Shown here one piece after another: positions 53,401 through 61,300 of a stretch of 64,000 nt of DNA. Made by a program: the position numbers and the translations under genes. Below the pieces are notes generated by a model, which was not told the DNA's origin, made no database searches, and worked only from the letters and a program-made list of their open reading frames with translations. The DNA comes from Phoronis australis (taxonomy: Eukaryota > Animalia > Phoronida). Numbering within the stretch: the stretch's first letter is position 1; each line of letters begins with the position of its first letter. The DNA is taken from the NCBI GenBank assembly GCA_002633005.1, contig NMRA01000015.1, forward strand, positions 551,239 through 615,238, in the 5' to 3' direction.

Positions 53401-55407
53401 TTTGTTAGCAGAAAGCTATTTACTAAATTTCATAAAAATCCGTCAAAGAACTTCAGACAAACAGAAAACAGAAAAAAATGAAATTTCCACTAGGGGGCGC
53501 AGTGTTTGTTAGATTCTTCTGAAAGTCGCCGACGCCCACTGTCAACTTCATATACTACAAACACTAAATTTAATAAAGATCCTGCAGAGGGCTTAGAAGA
53601 TACAGCTACGGGTGCAAAAAAAACTGCCACTAGGAGGTGCTACAGAAGTCGAAGTCGTCTGAAAATCATCGTCAATCGTCCTCTTCACAGGAAGAACATA
53701 CATGCCAATTTTCACAATCATCCTTAGAGTGGTTTAGTTGATAGAGGGGCAGATGTCAAAAAAAAAAACAGACTCAAAAATTGTAAAAATGGCCACTAGA
53801 TGGCGCAAAATGCCTCGAATACATCTGAAAACAAAAGCAAAGCGTCATCTTATTAATAGATGTCTATGTGTCAAATTTCATGAAAATCAGTAGAGAACCT
53901 TTGAAGATACAGAGGCAAATGTAAAAAACTAAAATTGCCACTAGGGGACACAGCGGTTTTCAGGTCGGTCCGAAATTCGTTGCCCTTTGTTGTCAACATC
54001 ATAGGAACACACCTGTCAAATTTCAATAAGATCTTGCAAGGGGATTTGGAAATACAGCCGCGGACGCCGGACGCCCAGACAGTCATGACGGCAACATGCA
54101 CCCACATGTGGGCGCATAATAAATACTAAGCAAAAGGAAGCACTCTAAATACTACTCTTCAGCATTTCAAAAGTTTGCCCCAATTTCTAATTCTTGTGAA
54201 CAAGGCGGAACGAGTTGATAGGGACGAAACATAATTTCTTTCATTCACGGACATTTTGGGACTCCTGGTATTTTTGTGCAAGCCATTTTAATTAATTACA
54301 TCATTTTTTAGCCATAGTACTATTAGAAAATGGACAATCGCCGCACAAATAAAAAAGTTCAACGTTTCGTCTATTCATAAGACATCATCGGGATATGTAC
54401 AGTAGTGTTCACTACCATTCAAGTCACATCCATATGGTGAAATGAGAGTGAGAGATACAGGGAAACGTAAGAAGGTCATCAACATAGTTGCAGGGTCACT
54501 GAGCTCTGCATGTTATTGAGAGAATCAGTAGCCTATTGCAAAGCAGCGATAATTTGATGGCATGATGGTTGCAAAGAATTTTTATTTAAGAAATGCTGGA
54601 AATACCCCACTGCACGAAAGTTGCCAGTGCCAGGGGCAAGGAGTATTTTGACATTATGAAGACAAGTTTAGAACAAACAAGAAGGAAAACACTGAACAGG
54701 ATTGAAATATTACGTCCATGAAAACAATGTTTCAGTAGTTACTCAAACTACAATGTGGAAATGTGAACAAAAATAGTGTGACCAACGAACAATTTCTTTA
54801 CAGAATGTTGACTTTTGACTAAAGGTTGTCACAGAAGATTATGTTTATGAGCAAAAGGTTACCTAAACCTTTTAGACAAGCACGTCCAGACTAGAGTGAT
54901 CACCCAACAACACAGAATTACAGCTTGTTATACAACCATGACAATCTAACAATACATCTGACTTACAAAATCCTCAGTTATGACATCACAATTTAATCGA
55001 TAATGACATCATGACCGGTGCATAAAACATTATCCACCTAAGACAATATACAAAAGCCAAATTACAAGTCCAAGACAATACGTGAGGGGGCAAAATACAA
55101 TCTAATTTGTCACCACATCCCTACCAAACCTTTCAGAGAAAAACAATCATCACCCTTGGGACTCTTACTTCATAGCGGAGCCATCCTCCAAGGGTTTGGA
55201 ATTGGCTGGAACAACGCCAACACCATCAGAATAATCAAATACTCTGTCAGAATCTCCCGCACTAGATACAGAGTTCTCACTTTCCTCCATGTCTGACATG
55301 GAACCCTCGACGCTGTGTGCGTAAAACGTAATCTGTTTCTTGTTCTCCGACTCAAGTGGTTCACTCATATTCACATCAGCCAAAAGACCGTGGCAAAAAT
55401 GTTCAAT
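2229..55407 (-). CDS. ACACA: Acetyl-CoA carboxylase (eukaryotic multidomain ACC), spliced gene with 42 traced coding exons; 3' end continues beyond the left edge
   Basis: Collinear ACC motifs: [83 protein letters not shown]. Splice phases agree at all traced junctions. Confidence 0.98.
2896..3378. mobile_element. Non-autonomous TIR element (hAT-like termini) with a 6-bp TSD
   Basis: CAAGGCTTGGAAT...ATTCCAAGCCCTG, flanked by AAACTA on both sides. Confidence 0.75.
3732..3909 (-). CDS. ACACA: ACC CT exon [15 protein letters not shown]...[16 protein letters not shown]...ADRES(R)
   Basis: Conserved motif; AG/GT. Confidence 0.98.
3973..4078. repeat. 17-bp tandem repeat CATCAGTCATGAACACC, ~6 copies
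   Basis: Direct reading. Confidence 0.95.
4731..5024. repeat. ~29-bp tandem repeat, ~10 copies, derived from the exon end and donor site
   Basis: Unit CTGTGTACCCTTCATACCACCAGAGAATT; the last copy overlaps the FSGGMK codons. Confidence 0.9.
5006..5141 (-). CDS. ACACA: ACC CT exon [18 protein letters not shown]...[11 protein letters not shown]
   Basis: Translated by hand; conserved motif; AG/GT. Confidence 0.98.
5725..5918 (-). CDS. ACACA: ACC CT exon ...[30 protein letters not shown]...[12 protein letters not shown]
   Basis: Conserved motif; AG/GT. Confidence 0.97.
6047..7523. mobile_element. Helentron/HINE-like non-autonomous element, copy 1
   Basis: AACAAGAGC start, internal degenerate repeats containing TGCCACTAGGGG, terminal hairpin ATGCACCC...GGGCGCAT; homologous to 52964-54120. 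Confidence 0.65.
7530..8353. mobile_element. Tc1/mariner-pogo-type MITE
   Basis: Perfect 25-bp TIR CGGTAAAGTCGCGTGATTTTCGGAC with TA on both flanks; no transposase ORF. Confidence 0.9.
8735..8980 (-). mobile_element. Degenerate copy of the same SINE with an internal 39-bp tandem duplication
   Basis: AATTGCAGGCAGTCTGATACACG...GGAGCTAGCAACCTGACTCAAGGGT matches the 22345 copy. Confidence 0.7.
9349..9472 (-). CDS. ACACA: ACC CT exon HKDGPL...[28 protein letters not shown]
   Basis: Translated by hand; conserved motif; AG/GT. Confidence 0.96.
10072..10157. repeat. 43-bp tandem duplication spanning an exon donor site
   Basis: GTGGCAACA...TTGTAACTGACCTTAGGAATGTAG, two copies. Confidence 0.9.
10145..10288 (-). 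CDS. ACACA: ACC CT exon [26 protein letters not shown]...WLSYIPK
   Basis: Conserved motif; AG/GT. Confidence 0.97.
10928..11038 (-). CDS. ACACA: ACC CT exon [37 protein letters not shown]
   Basis: Translated by hand; conserved motif; AG/GT. Confidence 0.98.
11573..11687. repeat. 115-bp dispersed repeat; near-identical inverted copy at 54418-54532
   Basis: GCTACTGATTCTCTCAATAACATGCAGAG...GATGTGACTTGAA vs its reverse complement, few mismatches. Confidence 0.85.
11845..11942 (-). CDS. ACACA: ACC CT exon [32 protein letters not shown]
   Basis: Translated by hand; conserved motif; AG/GT. Confidence 0.97.
12850..12970 (-). CDS. ACACA: ACC CT exon [14 protein letters not shown]...RYKILDII(G)
   Basis: Translated by hand; conserved motif; AG/GT. 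Confidence 0.97.
13712..13849 (-). CDS. ACACA: ACC CT exon [31 protein letters not shown]...DPDK
   Basis: Translated by hand; conserved motif; AG/GT. Confidence 0.97.
14458..14589 (-). CDS. ACACA: ACC CT exon IGMVAWKM...[21 protein letters not shown]
   Basis: Conserved motif; AG/GT. Confidence 0.97.
14894..15034 (-). CDS. ACACA: ACC CT exon CLLKLWSE...[10 protein letters not shown]...QGENE, followed by a GC donor
   Basis: Translated by hand; GAG|GCATGT joins in frame to IGMVAW. Confidence 0.92.
15250..15405 (-). CDS. ACACA: ACC exon VMFQAYG...PYVTKD...[22 protein letters not shown] (start of CT)
   Basis: Conserved motif; AG/GT. Confidence 0.97.
17152..17355 (-). CDS. ACACA: ACC exon [25 protein letters not shown]...NESGYFLDI...SSQ
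   Basis: Conserved motif; AG/GT. Confidence 0.97.
17858..18100 (-). CDS. ACACA: ACC exon [16 protein letters not shown]...[13 protein letters not shown]...DPAK
   Basis: Conserved motif; AAG acceptor chosen to fit phase 0. Confidence 0.94.
18585..18722 (-). CDS. ACACA: ACC exon [19 protein letters not shown]...[11 protein letters not shown]
   Basis: Conserved motif; AG/GT. Confidence 0.97.
18797..19462. repeat. 17-bp minisatellite GTCGAGCAATAGGGTGC with an N at 19300 and a degenerating right edge
   Basis: Direct reading; explains the repetitive ORFs in three frames. Confidence 0.97.
19735..19862. repeat. 17-bp tandem repeat CATGGAACGTCACCAAA, ~7 copies
   Basis: Direct reading. Confidence 0.9.
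20062..20215. repeat. ~52-bp tandem repeat AGAGTGATGCGTTATGACAAGTCTTTAGATGTCACAAGG..., 3 copies
   Basis: Direct reading. Confidence 0.85.
20270..20368 (-). CDS. ACACA: ACC exon [33 protein letters not shown]
   Basis: GIRRLTF and [10 protein letters not shown] motifs; AG/GT. Confidence 0.96.
21031..21412. mobile_element. MITE with degenerate ~50-bp TIRs; partial second copy at ~60160-60425
   Basis: TGCCCAG..CCAAATAGGGACT..AAGTTCC vs GGAACTT..AGTCCCTATTTGG..GGGCA; CTTAGTCCTTAAATTAGGG shared with the 60.2-kb copy. Confidence 0.6.
21514..21795. mobile_element. Short TIR element family (PIF/Harbinger-like MITE); related copies at ~43530-43763 and ~47594-47858
   Basis: TTTCATGAAAGTGACTT..AGACAGAAATTTGG at one end and its approximate inverse at the other, recurring at three loci. 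Confidence 0.55.
21814..21924 (-). CDS. ACACA: ACC exon [16 protein letters not shown]...FQSFCDSK
   Basis: EPIHI motif; AG/GT. Confidence 0.93.
22345..22571 (-). mobile_element. tRNA-derived SINE
   Basis: Minus-strand A box TGGCCTGGTTG and B box GGTTCGAGTCC, then a body shared with 8735-8980. Confidence 0.75.
23213..23254 (-). CDS. ACACA: Candidate 42-nt cassette exon [14 protein letters not shown], phase 0-0
   Basis: TGCTTTTGTGCTTCCAG acceptor and CAC|GTCAGA donor; frame-compatible; no recognisable homology. Confidence 0.3.
24085..24433. repeat. 28-bp minisatellite, ~12 copies, with a 140-bp higher-order structure
   Basis: Unit CTTGCGCCTAGCCGCTAAATGTGATGTA; variant TTAGTCTAGC recurs at 24231 and 24371. 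Confidence 0.92.
25484..25580 (-). CDS. ACACA: ACC exon (R)[32 protein letters not shown]
   Basis: Resembles ACC1 RIFDEVMGCF; strong TTTCAG and AAG|GTAAG sites; phase 2 to 0 fits its neighbours. Confidence 0.85.
25800..27212. mobile_element. Non-autonomous DNA transposon with 18-bp TIR and 9-bp TSD
   Basis: CAGGGCTCGACATTAACT...AGTTAATGTCGAGCCCTG, flanked by GTAATGGAC on both sides. Confidence 0.9.
27526..28562. repeat. Satellite of alternating 32/33-bp units (65-bp dimer), ending at the N at 28563
   Basis: AGTGGTCCTCTGTCTAACTAGAACATCACAAT alternates with TAGTAGTCCTCTGTCTAACTAGAACATCACAAT. Confidence 0.97.
31434..32613. mobile_element. ~1.2-kb imperfect foldback (palindromic) element
   Basis: Nested inverted pairs: ATACCATAA/TTATGGTAT, TTGCCCC..CCATC..GGGT with its inverse at ~32520-32565, and 31954-32010 with 32139-32192. 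Confidence 0.55.
32653..32673 (-). CDS. ACACA: Candidate 21-nt microexon WIYQKK(R), phase 2-2
   Basis: TCATTTCTCAG|GTGGATCTATCAGAAAAAACG|GTAGGT; open in the required frame. Confidence 0.45.
33507..33542 (-). CDS. ACACA: Candidate 36-nt cassette exon [11 protein letters not shown](R), phase 2-2
   Basis: TTCTACTTGTCAG|...CGAAG|GTGACT; open in the required frame. Confidence 0.5.
33721..33732 (-). CDS. ACACA: Candidate 12-nt microexon, (R)QYF(K/N), phase 2-2
   Basis: CTAAT branch point, long pyrimidine tract, TTTCCAG|GCAATACTTTAA|GTAAGT; frame-preserving. Confidence 0.65.
   Translation of the reverse strand, partial: AIL
34669..34787 (-). CDS. ACACA: ACC exon [17 protein letters not shown]...[12 protein letters not shown](R)
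   Basis: Translated by hand; conserved motif; phase-2 AG|GTAAG donor. Confidence 0.97.
34765..34980. repeat. Degenerate ~43-bp tandem repeat duplicating an acceptor site and exon start
   Basis: ATGTATGCACGTCTGACATAGACCTAGTGATAGACA and copies. Confidence 0.85.
35574..35992. repeat. 42-bp minisatellite AGGCTCTGCAAGTTGGCTTGTCACAGTGTGTCAAGTTGAGAC, ~10 copies
   Basis: Direct reading. Confidence 0.93.
36434..36523 (-). CDS. ACACA: ACC exon [30 protein letters not shown]
   Basis: Conserved motif; AG/GT. Confidence 0.96.
37227..37328 (-). CDS. ACACA: ACC exon [34 protein letters not shown]
   Basis: Conserved motif; AG/GT. Confidence 0.95.
37600..37713 (-). CDS. ACACA: ACC exon [14 protein letters not shown]...[10 protein letters not shown]
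   Basis: Translated by hand; phase 0-0; AG/GT. Confidence 0.94.
38851..38975 (-). CDS. ACACA: ACC exon [10 protein letters not shown]...[18 protein letters not shown]
   Basis: Conserved YDKC and IFSH motifs; AG/GT. Confidence 0.95.
39628..39716 (-). CDS. ACACA: ACC exon [29 protein letters not shown]
   Basis: Translated by hand; conserved motif; AG/GT. Confidence 0.97.
39984..40098. repeat. 38-bp triplication spanning an exon donor site
   Basis: GCCTGACTTACTTTTGAACAATCTGCACAATGCCCTGC, three copies. Confidence 0.93.
40071..40171 (-). CDS. ACACA: ACC exon [33 protein letters not shown](K)
   Basis: Translated by hand; conserved; phase-2 donor. Confidence 0.95.
40935..41054 (-). CDS. ACACA: ACC exon [11 protein letters not shown]...[16 protein letters not shown]
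   Basis: Translated by hand; conserved motif; AG/GT. Confidence 0.97.
41268..41486 (-). CDS. ACACA: ACC central-domain exon IENC...KLHQVF...[12 protein letters not shown]
   Basis: Conserved motif; AG/GT. Confidence 0.95.
41876..42095 (-). CDS. ACACA: ACC BCCP exon SPSAGKLV...[11 protein letters not shown]...[11 protein letters not shown]; biotinylated Lys codon at 42002-42004
   Basis: VMKM biotin-attachment motif; AG/GT. Confidence 0.98.
42530..42700. repeat. ~33-bp degenerate tandem repeat, ~5 copies
   Basis: CATGACCAAGTCATACAGTGAGCCTGTA units. Confidence 0.8.
43253..43464 (-). CDS. ACACA: ACC BT exon [11 protein letters not shown]...HRLSDGGLL...YMKEE...[14 protein letters not shown]
   Basis: Translated by hand; conserved motif; AG/GT. 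Confidence 0.97.
44074..44259 (-). CDS. ACACA: ACC BT exon [19 protein letters not shown]...YVIK
   Basis: Conserved motif; AG/GT. Confidence 0.96.
44445..44595 (-). CDS. ACACA: ACC exon [27 protein letters not shown]...[13 protein letters not shown]
   Basis: Conserved motif; AG/GT. Confidence 0.97.
45137..45300 (-). CDS. ACACA: ACC BC exon [16 protein letters not shown]...[22 protein letters not shown]
   Basis: Conserved motif; AG/GT. Confidence 0.97.
46016..46177 (-). CDS. ACACA: ACC BC exon [14 protein letters not shown]...[15 protein letters not shown]
   Basis: Conserved motif; AG/GT. Confidence 0.97.
46677..46850 (-). CDS. ACACA: ACC BC exon [21 protein letters not shown]...[17 protein letters not shown]...AAQLQ
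   Basis: Catalytic [10 protein letters not shown] motif; AG/GT. Confidence 0.97.
47135..47344 (-). CDS. ACACA: ACC BC exon [11 protein letters not shown]...[17 protein letters not shown]...MEK
   Basis: Conserved motif; AG/GT. Confidence 0.97.
47867..48081 (-). CDS. ACACA: ACC BC exon ...[19 protein letters not shown]...LFRQ (ATP-grasp glycine loop)
   Basis: Conserved motif; AG/GT. Confidence 0.96.
48622..48802 (-). CDS. ACACA: ACC BC exon [17 protein letters not shown]...[12 protein letters not shown]...PWSG
   Basis: Conserved motif, translated by hand; AG/GT. Confidence 0.97.
49500..49609 (-). CDS. ACACA: ACC BC exon [37 protein letters not shown]
   Basis: Conserved motif; AG/GT. Confidence 0.97.
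49851..49989 (-). CDS. ACACA: ACC BC exon [23 protein letters not shown]...DLKANA
   Basis: BC N-terminal motif; AG/GT. Confidence 0.97.
50367..50700. repeat. ~38-bp minisatellite GACTCACAAACCCAGGCGCACACTCACAATACTACGCG, ~9 copies
   Basis: Direct reading; explains overlapping plus-strand ORFs. Confidence 0.92.
51322..51451 (-). CDS. ACACA: ACC exon YSMSGTNF...[23 protein letters not shown] (AMPK-site region)
   Basis: Matches ACC SMSG...RDFxVAxPxEFVxxFGG; canonical AG/GT. Confidence 0.95.
52158..52332. repeat. ~50-60-bp tandem repeat AATAGTGGGCACTTAGCTCAGC...ACATACACTGCACG, 3 copies
   Basis: Direct reading. Confidence 0.8.
52964..54120. mobile_element. Helentron/HINE-like non-autonomous element, copy 2
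   Basis: Same start, internal repeats and ATGCACCCACATGTGGGCGCAT hairpin end as copy 1. Confidence 0.65.
55169..55407 (-). CDS. ACACA: ACC N-terminal exon; probable start ATG at 55368 ([11 protein letters not shown]...DGSAMK)
   Basis: TAG acceptor and AA|GTAAG donor. Its phase-2 end joins the next exon to give SAMK-YSMSG. Acidic Ser-rich leader as in ACC1. Confidence 0.8.
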
Positions 55408-56953
55408 CTACAATGAAAGGAGAAGTTTAATACATTTTAGTTCCAATGTTGTCTTTTTGTTTAAATCATTCAAAGGGAGGGTATAACAAGGAAACTTCAC
55501 TCGGTTACTGTCCAACATGTCAGTTAACTCATAAATCCAATTTGTAACATACGCCGTTTATGGAAGCATTTGGAAGATAAAAATCAACTTTCGACAAACA
55601 CAGAGCTGTTTTTCCAAATTTATTGTTTATTGCACTAATTACACAATTATGTAATACTTCAAGTTTTACAAAAGGGGCGAAGAGAAAAACCAGAGAGAAA
55701 TATAATGTTACTTTAAAAACATGGACATCAATAAATTAGTTTTATACCTGAGGGGCAGCACTTGGACTGCTGTTTCTGATGGGAGAACAATTGAAAAATT
55801 GGGACGCACATCAATTTTGACAGTAGACTCATTTAATTGTTGGACAGTTGCATGAGAAGAGATGGCATATAGTCAAAAATGAGCACAAAATTTGTAACCA
55901 GCTTCAAAAGTAAAGATAATACAAGTGCCTGTATCTCAATGGCAATGCTACAAGGAGCCAAAACTAACGTTTGACCACTTAGCAAGTGAGGGGAATTTTT
56001 GGGCCTGATGATGGAAATTACACGATTTTTAAACCGTTTTCATCATGGAATATTGATGATATTTGGCTTCAAAACTGTTGTGACAAGTGACTTCTTGGGT
56101 TGATGTAGTGTCAAATAAAAACTCGACTCTAAATCGCTTGTCAAAGGGCAATTGCTAATTAACCGATTAGTTTGGACGTTTGGCTCCCACACATGGGCCT
56201 GTGTTCAATACTGGCCACGAACAAGTGGACTAGATATAGGTACTAAAAGCCTTTCTCTTAGACTAATTAGGAACCTCAGTTGTCGTTCTGAGGTGATTGG
56301 TACCCCTTAGAACTTAAGAACACCTTACCGTAAGGAATTATGACTCAAATAACAACATAACCATAGTGAATTAATCGACTGAAAGTCATTTATCTGAACA
56401 GTACGTCCTGCATACTACAAGACCACTCCTTTTCCTGGGGAATATCGTAGAAGTACATGCTAAAAATCACAAATATTTGTATTTCCGCTGCAATGAAGTC
56501 ACTAAGAAGTTGTAACAACTACTAGTAAACCCTCTCGTAGTAGTAGAGCTTAGAAAGCGTTAGCCACGTGAAACAGTGTTTACAGTTTCTCTCTCCAGAA
56601 AAACTTCACACTTGAAGTCGAGGATTCTGAAGTGGCACATGTTATGAAATTAAAAGTGCAATGCTTTTGAGGTTCTTAAAGACTCTGGAGGTTTGTCCAG
56701 ACGATATGCCCTCTGACCTTTCCAAAGTCTATGACAGGGTGAACTAACCTATCTGTCTTTGCCTTGCGTAACAGGGAGTTAGTCTATAGGCCTCCTGGCT
56801 GTGGCTCAAGCACGTCACAACAACTGCCTGATCAGACGAGTAGAACGAGAAATATTATGGAAACAACAGCAATTCAGTTTGCCGACTCTTGGCCTTGGCT
56901 GTGAACAAATCTAGGCCCCAGATCAAATCAAACTGGCAGCCTCCATATCTTAC

Positions 56954-57100
56954 CTGAAGAAAACACTCGCAATTGAACTTCGACCGCGTCTTATCTCTGG
57001 CGTGCGAGAGGAAAATATGTCAAAGATGAGCGAAATGAGAATGCCGTTCAGGGAACTCCCAGTCCCACTAAAAAACACGTGTTTTCAGTTTACGTCAACA
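56954..57100 (-). promoter_or_regulatory. Probable non-coding 5' exon and promoter region of ACC (upstream limit uncertain)
   Basis: Strong CAG|GTAAGA donor at 56954; no ATG in the frames I checked; locally more CpG; E-box CACGTG near 57077 and CRE-like TTACGTCA near 57090. Confidence 0.45.
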
Positions 57101-58081
57101 ATAAACAAATCTTCCGATATCGAACCATTCATCACACGAGCGAATCAGGTCATTTTTTAAGAACACCAGCAGTACACATAGCAATGGTCTAAAGACTAAC
57201 AATGTTCAACAGACCGGTGGTCAAGCAAAGACTATGTAGGCCAACTTATTTCCTGCTTTCATTGCAAACTATTTCCTGGAACCAAGTGGGATGAGAGCGT
57301 AAAACGAGGTTACAAACCCATTTGGTAATGAATATGTAAATTTTCTTGCGCGCTACCTAGCGAGTTCCCGGTGAACTTACGCTCCTTCGCAGCGCCCTCA
57401 TGTGGTGGCTGAACCAAGGCATTTATGGATAACGATACTGAGAATTGATGTATTGAAAACGAACGTCTTACGAAGAAACCAAGCTAATCTACTGATGCTG
57501 CGGGATAGATAATCATTATTTCAGCTAAAATTTGCCTTAAATTTGAAAATATAAATCTTTAAACTCAAGTTTAAAATATCTTTATTTTTCTCGTTCCCTC
57601 ACAAACATACCGAGGTATTCATCTTTCCTACAGGCTCAGTTGTCCCTAGCACACCATAAACACACTCATACGCAAATTGTACTTTGAGGAATTTTAATTT
57701 TAAACTAAAAATACATTTCGCAGCTATTTGTGGCGCAAATACGCATACAGTGACACTGATAAATAAAATAGTTTAATCTTATTTGGCAGAAGCAGAGACA
57801 ATGCATGTTATTTGATTTGCGCAGAATTCATCAGAGCGCGAACGCGGAGTCGGGTACACTCGGAGTCAGGCATATGTTTTATCGTCATAGCAATTCCTTC
57901 ATCAGCTAAATAGGCCCATAAAGCGATTCAGTACAGCAGGAACCGATTATCTTTTCTCAGTGTCTTGCACATGATGAACCGATAGCTGAGGCCGATTTAG
58001 GAGAGGGGGCAGCCATGAGACTCACATTTCACCATCCCAACCAGGATGTCGCAAGTGCAGGAAGGGGAAGGGGGGGGGGGG

Positions 58082-58351
58082 NNNNNNNNNNNNNNNNNNN
58101 NNNNNNNNNNNNNNNNNNNNNNNNNNNNNNNNNNNNNNNNNNNNNNNNNNNNNNNNNNNNNNNNNNNNNNNNNNNNNNNNNNNNNNNNNNNNNNNNNNNN
58201 NNNNNNNNNNNNNNNNNNNNNNNNNNNNNNNNNNNNNNNNNNNNNNNNNNNNNNNNNNNNNNNNNNNNNNNNNNNNNNNNNNNNNNNNNNNNNNNNNNNN
58301 NNNNNNNNNNNNNNNNNNNNNNNNNNNNNNNNNNNNNNNNNNNNNNNNNNN
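58082..58351. other. Assembly gap (270 N) after a poly-G run
   Basis: Run of N. Confidence 0.99.
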
Positions 58352-61300
58352 ATAAGACGATGCTTTGCTGGTTACGTTATACGAAATCGTTAAACAGAAT
58401 AAACAGAACCCCACATTGGACACATTTTAACGAACTTACGCCTAGCGGGTAAACTTTGCACGGGGTTGCATTAAGATTTAGAGTCCCTTAAAAATGACCT
58501 GATGTCATTTTTCAACGTGAACTAACCCTTGGCGTCGTTTTTCACGTCGTCCAAGTTTAATCACTCCAAATGGACTTCTTGTCAAATGGAAAAAAAAAAC
58601 AAAATAGCCTCATCAGTGAGTGCTTTACACTTCTCTTCAATTTTTGTAAACCGAGATATTCTGTTGCGCCTGCATATTCTACACATCTGTTTTGAAGCCC
58701 ACCTCTTGTCTTCACTGTCATTGGTAATATTCGCCTGTTTTACAATTGATTCGATAGGATTTGTTGAGATTTGAATTGTGTTCCAACTGTGACGGCATGG
58801 GACGAAAAAATTGGATATTCAATGAAACACAACAGCTCTAAGACTAGGAATAAGGAGGACTAAAAATACTGACATAATTGTGCATTTATTTCTAGAAAAC
58901 ACAGCACGGAGCACAAACTAGTGATAAAGTCCATGGTTCAGCGAACTCTTTAAATGGCTAGGCGCGAGAATCAGCGTGATATTGGAAAGTATGTAGATTT
59001 TTAATTCCGTAAATCCACGTAATGAAGTTACTTTGTCGTTTTCGCGCGCGGAAGTTATTTTATACTATTTACAAAAATGAACGCGCAGATGGATGAGTAT
59101 TTCTCACGAAATGTCTTTCAGCCCTTTATTCGAGACTGGTAAGCCTGCGAATTGTGATGTGTAAGAAATTGTGTTAAAAGAAGCGTGAATAGCATATGGG
59201 TAAAACTTGATACAACTTTGTTTCTCGCAAATGACTGAAGCTAAATATATGTGCGATTTTTTTGGGATGCTGCAATGTGTCGCCACTAAGCCTACATCTA
59301 AATCATGAATTGCTATGCAATGAATAAACTTACCGAAATATGCGGTGCGAAGCGTTAACGATGCGTTACCCATCGAAATCATGTTTTTATTTCCACAGTT
59401 TTCAAAGTCAACGTTCTTGAGTGAAATTTAGCGCACACCTACAACAGTTGCTACCGATTTATGCTAACGCAGTCCTACTCAAAATTTGACTGTAAAGTAA
59501 TTATTTGCACTGGAAGTCACAAATTATCACTTTACTCCCACACCAGTTGCCACGAATGTTTATCATGCGTTCACAACCCCTAATGTTCATCACGTGATCA
59601 CTGATGTGCATGCTACAGGAGATTAAAAGGACATATATTCAAGAAAAGTTTTTAAAACAAAATTATTAGTGTACTAACGGCAACTGATCGGAATAACATA
59701 CTTTCATGTTAAGGGATCTCTTATTGAATATCTGAGCTCACAAAGATGGATTCACCACGCACCCTTTTCCCTGTTTTTGAATTATATATCCTTACATGTT
59801 ACGGGCCATCCTCTCAGAAGAGGGCACCTATAAATCCAGTACTGGTGCACGAACTTGATTGTTTTGATGTAAAATAATATAAACAAGATATTCAAAGCTG
59901 AAAAGCAGACATAGCTTGAGTAAAACAAGGATTTCATGAGCGGATAGATTTGTGGAAAAAGCACGTCTAGTTTTAGAATAGTCAATAGCAGCTGTTTATA
60001 ACAGTTATTTCGGTCTACGGTAATTTAGGCACTGTAAGGATTAACACCTATTTCTGTCTACGGTAATTTAGGCACTGTGGGGTTATTATTCTGAAGGTGT
60101 TCATTCTTTCATAATTCTATAAATACGGATTTGTTCTGAATTTACCTTTTCATGAGCCCTTTGTTCAATGAAAGTAATTAGCGACTTAGTCCTTAAATTA
60201 GGGGCGTTGCATGCAAAAACCCATACTTATTTTTAATAATATTGAAAGTTCAACGTAGAATTCACTCTCACTTTAATTGCATTAAAGCTAAAAATTGTCT
60301 TAGTAATGAAACTAAAGCAGCATAAAAAGGAACAATCAGTTTTTTCACAAGTCCACTAATGCGCAGTTGATTTAGGTAACTTAGCTGAGCGACCCAATTT
60401 GGGTCTGATTCATGCAATCGGGCACTAGAGGACTAACGCAACGACTGACCCGGAAGAGTGAATCAAAGGTTGCGTGTGTCAAACGTGTCAAGCTTGTTCA
60501 ATAAATAATCCTGCTTGCCGTTTCAGCTATGTTACTCTTCCATATGTACGTACCAGCACATTCAGAAGGTACAGTATAACACGTTAATTGCTGAGTTTGG
60601 TAAGACAAGAGCTAGACCGGTTGTTATATGACGTCATGTTCAATGTTGACAATCGTGGTAATGCGTTATTATGCTTTGATTTGCTGCTATACAGTAAATA
60701 ACTCTTATGCAAGCTGGCCATGTCTGTTGGGATTAATACCGGACTTAGCTCAGGTTTTATAAAATAAACTCAGAGGTTTTATAGTCACCGCTCAAACTTC
60801 GCTAATTGTGTTCTAAATATGTGAAGAGTTGCCATATTTATTAATATTTTCAACTCAATCTAGAGATGAGCATCATAAAGACTCACACTGCTCTTAACCA
60901 AAATAAACTAATCAGCTGGTGGTGAATTTTACTGTTAAAGAAATCGGTAGGCTCCATTCACTTATTGGTGTTACACATGTATTTAGGAACACTAACGCAC
61001 CAAAACAAAGTACTCCAACCTTCCACCAAACACTAACCAGAACAGTTATCTTCAAAAATGGCGCCGAGTTTTTTCCTTTTAAGGAGCTGAAATTTTTCGA
61101 ATTAAAATTTTTACGGATAGCGAAAAAACAGTGATGCGTGCACATAAAATTTCAGGGTAAGATTCAGCCAATCCAGGTCCATTGCCACCACATTTTGCTC
61201 GAGCTCGACTCACTCCACAAGCTCTTTTTGAGCACAATTTTGTACCTCGGCCGAGATCAGAAAATCATCGACTATTCACGTCTATTTCTCTGACCTGAGT

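Noticed and set aside
58015-58452. ORFs spanning the N run
   Set aside because: Artefact of the assembly gap.
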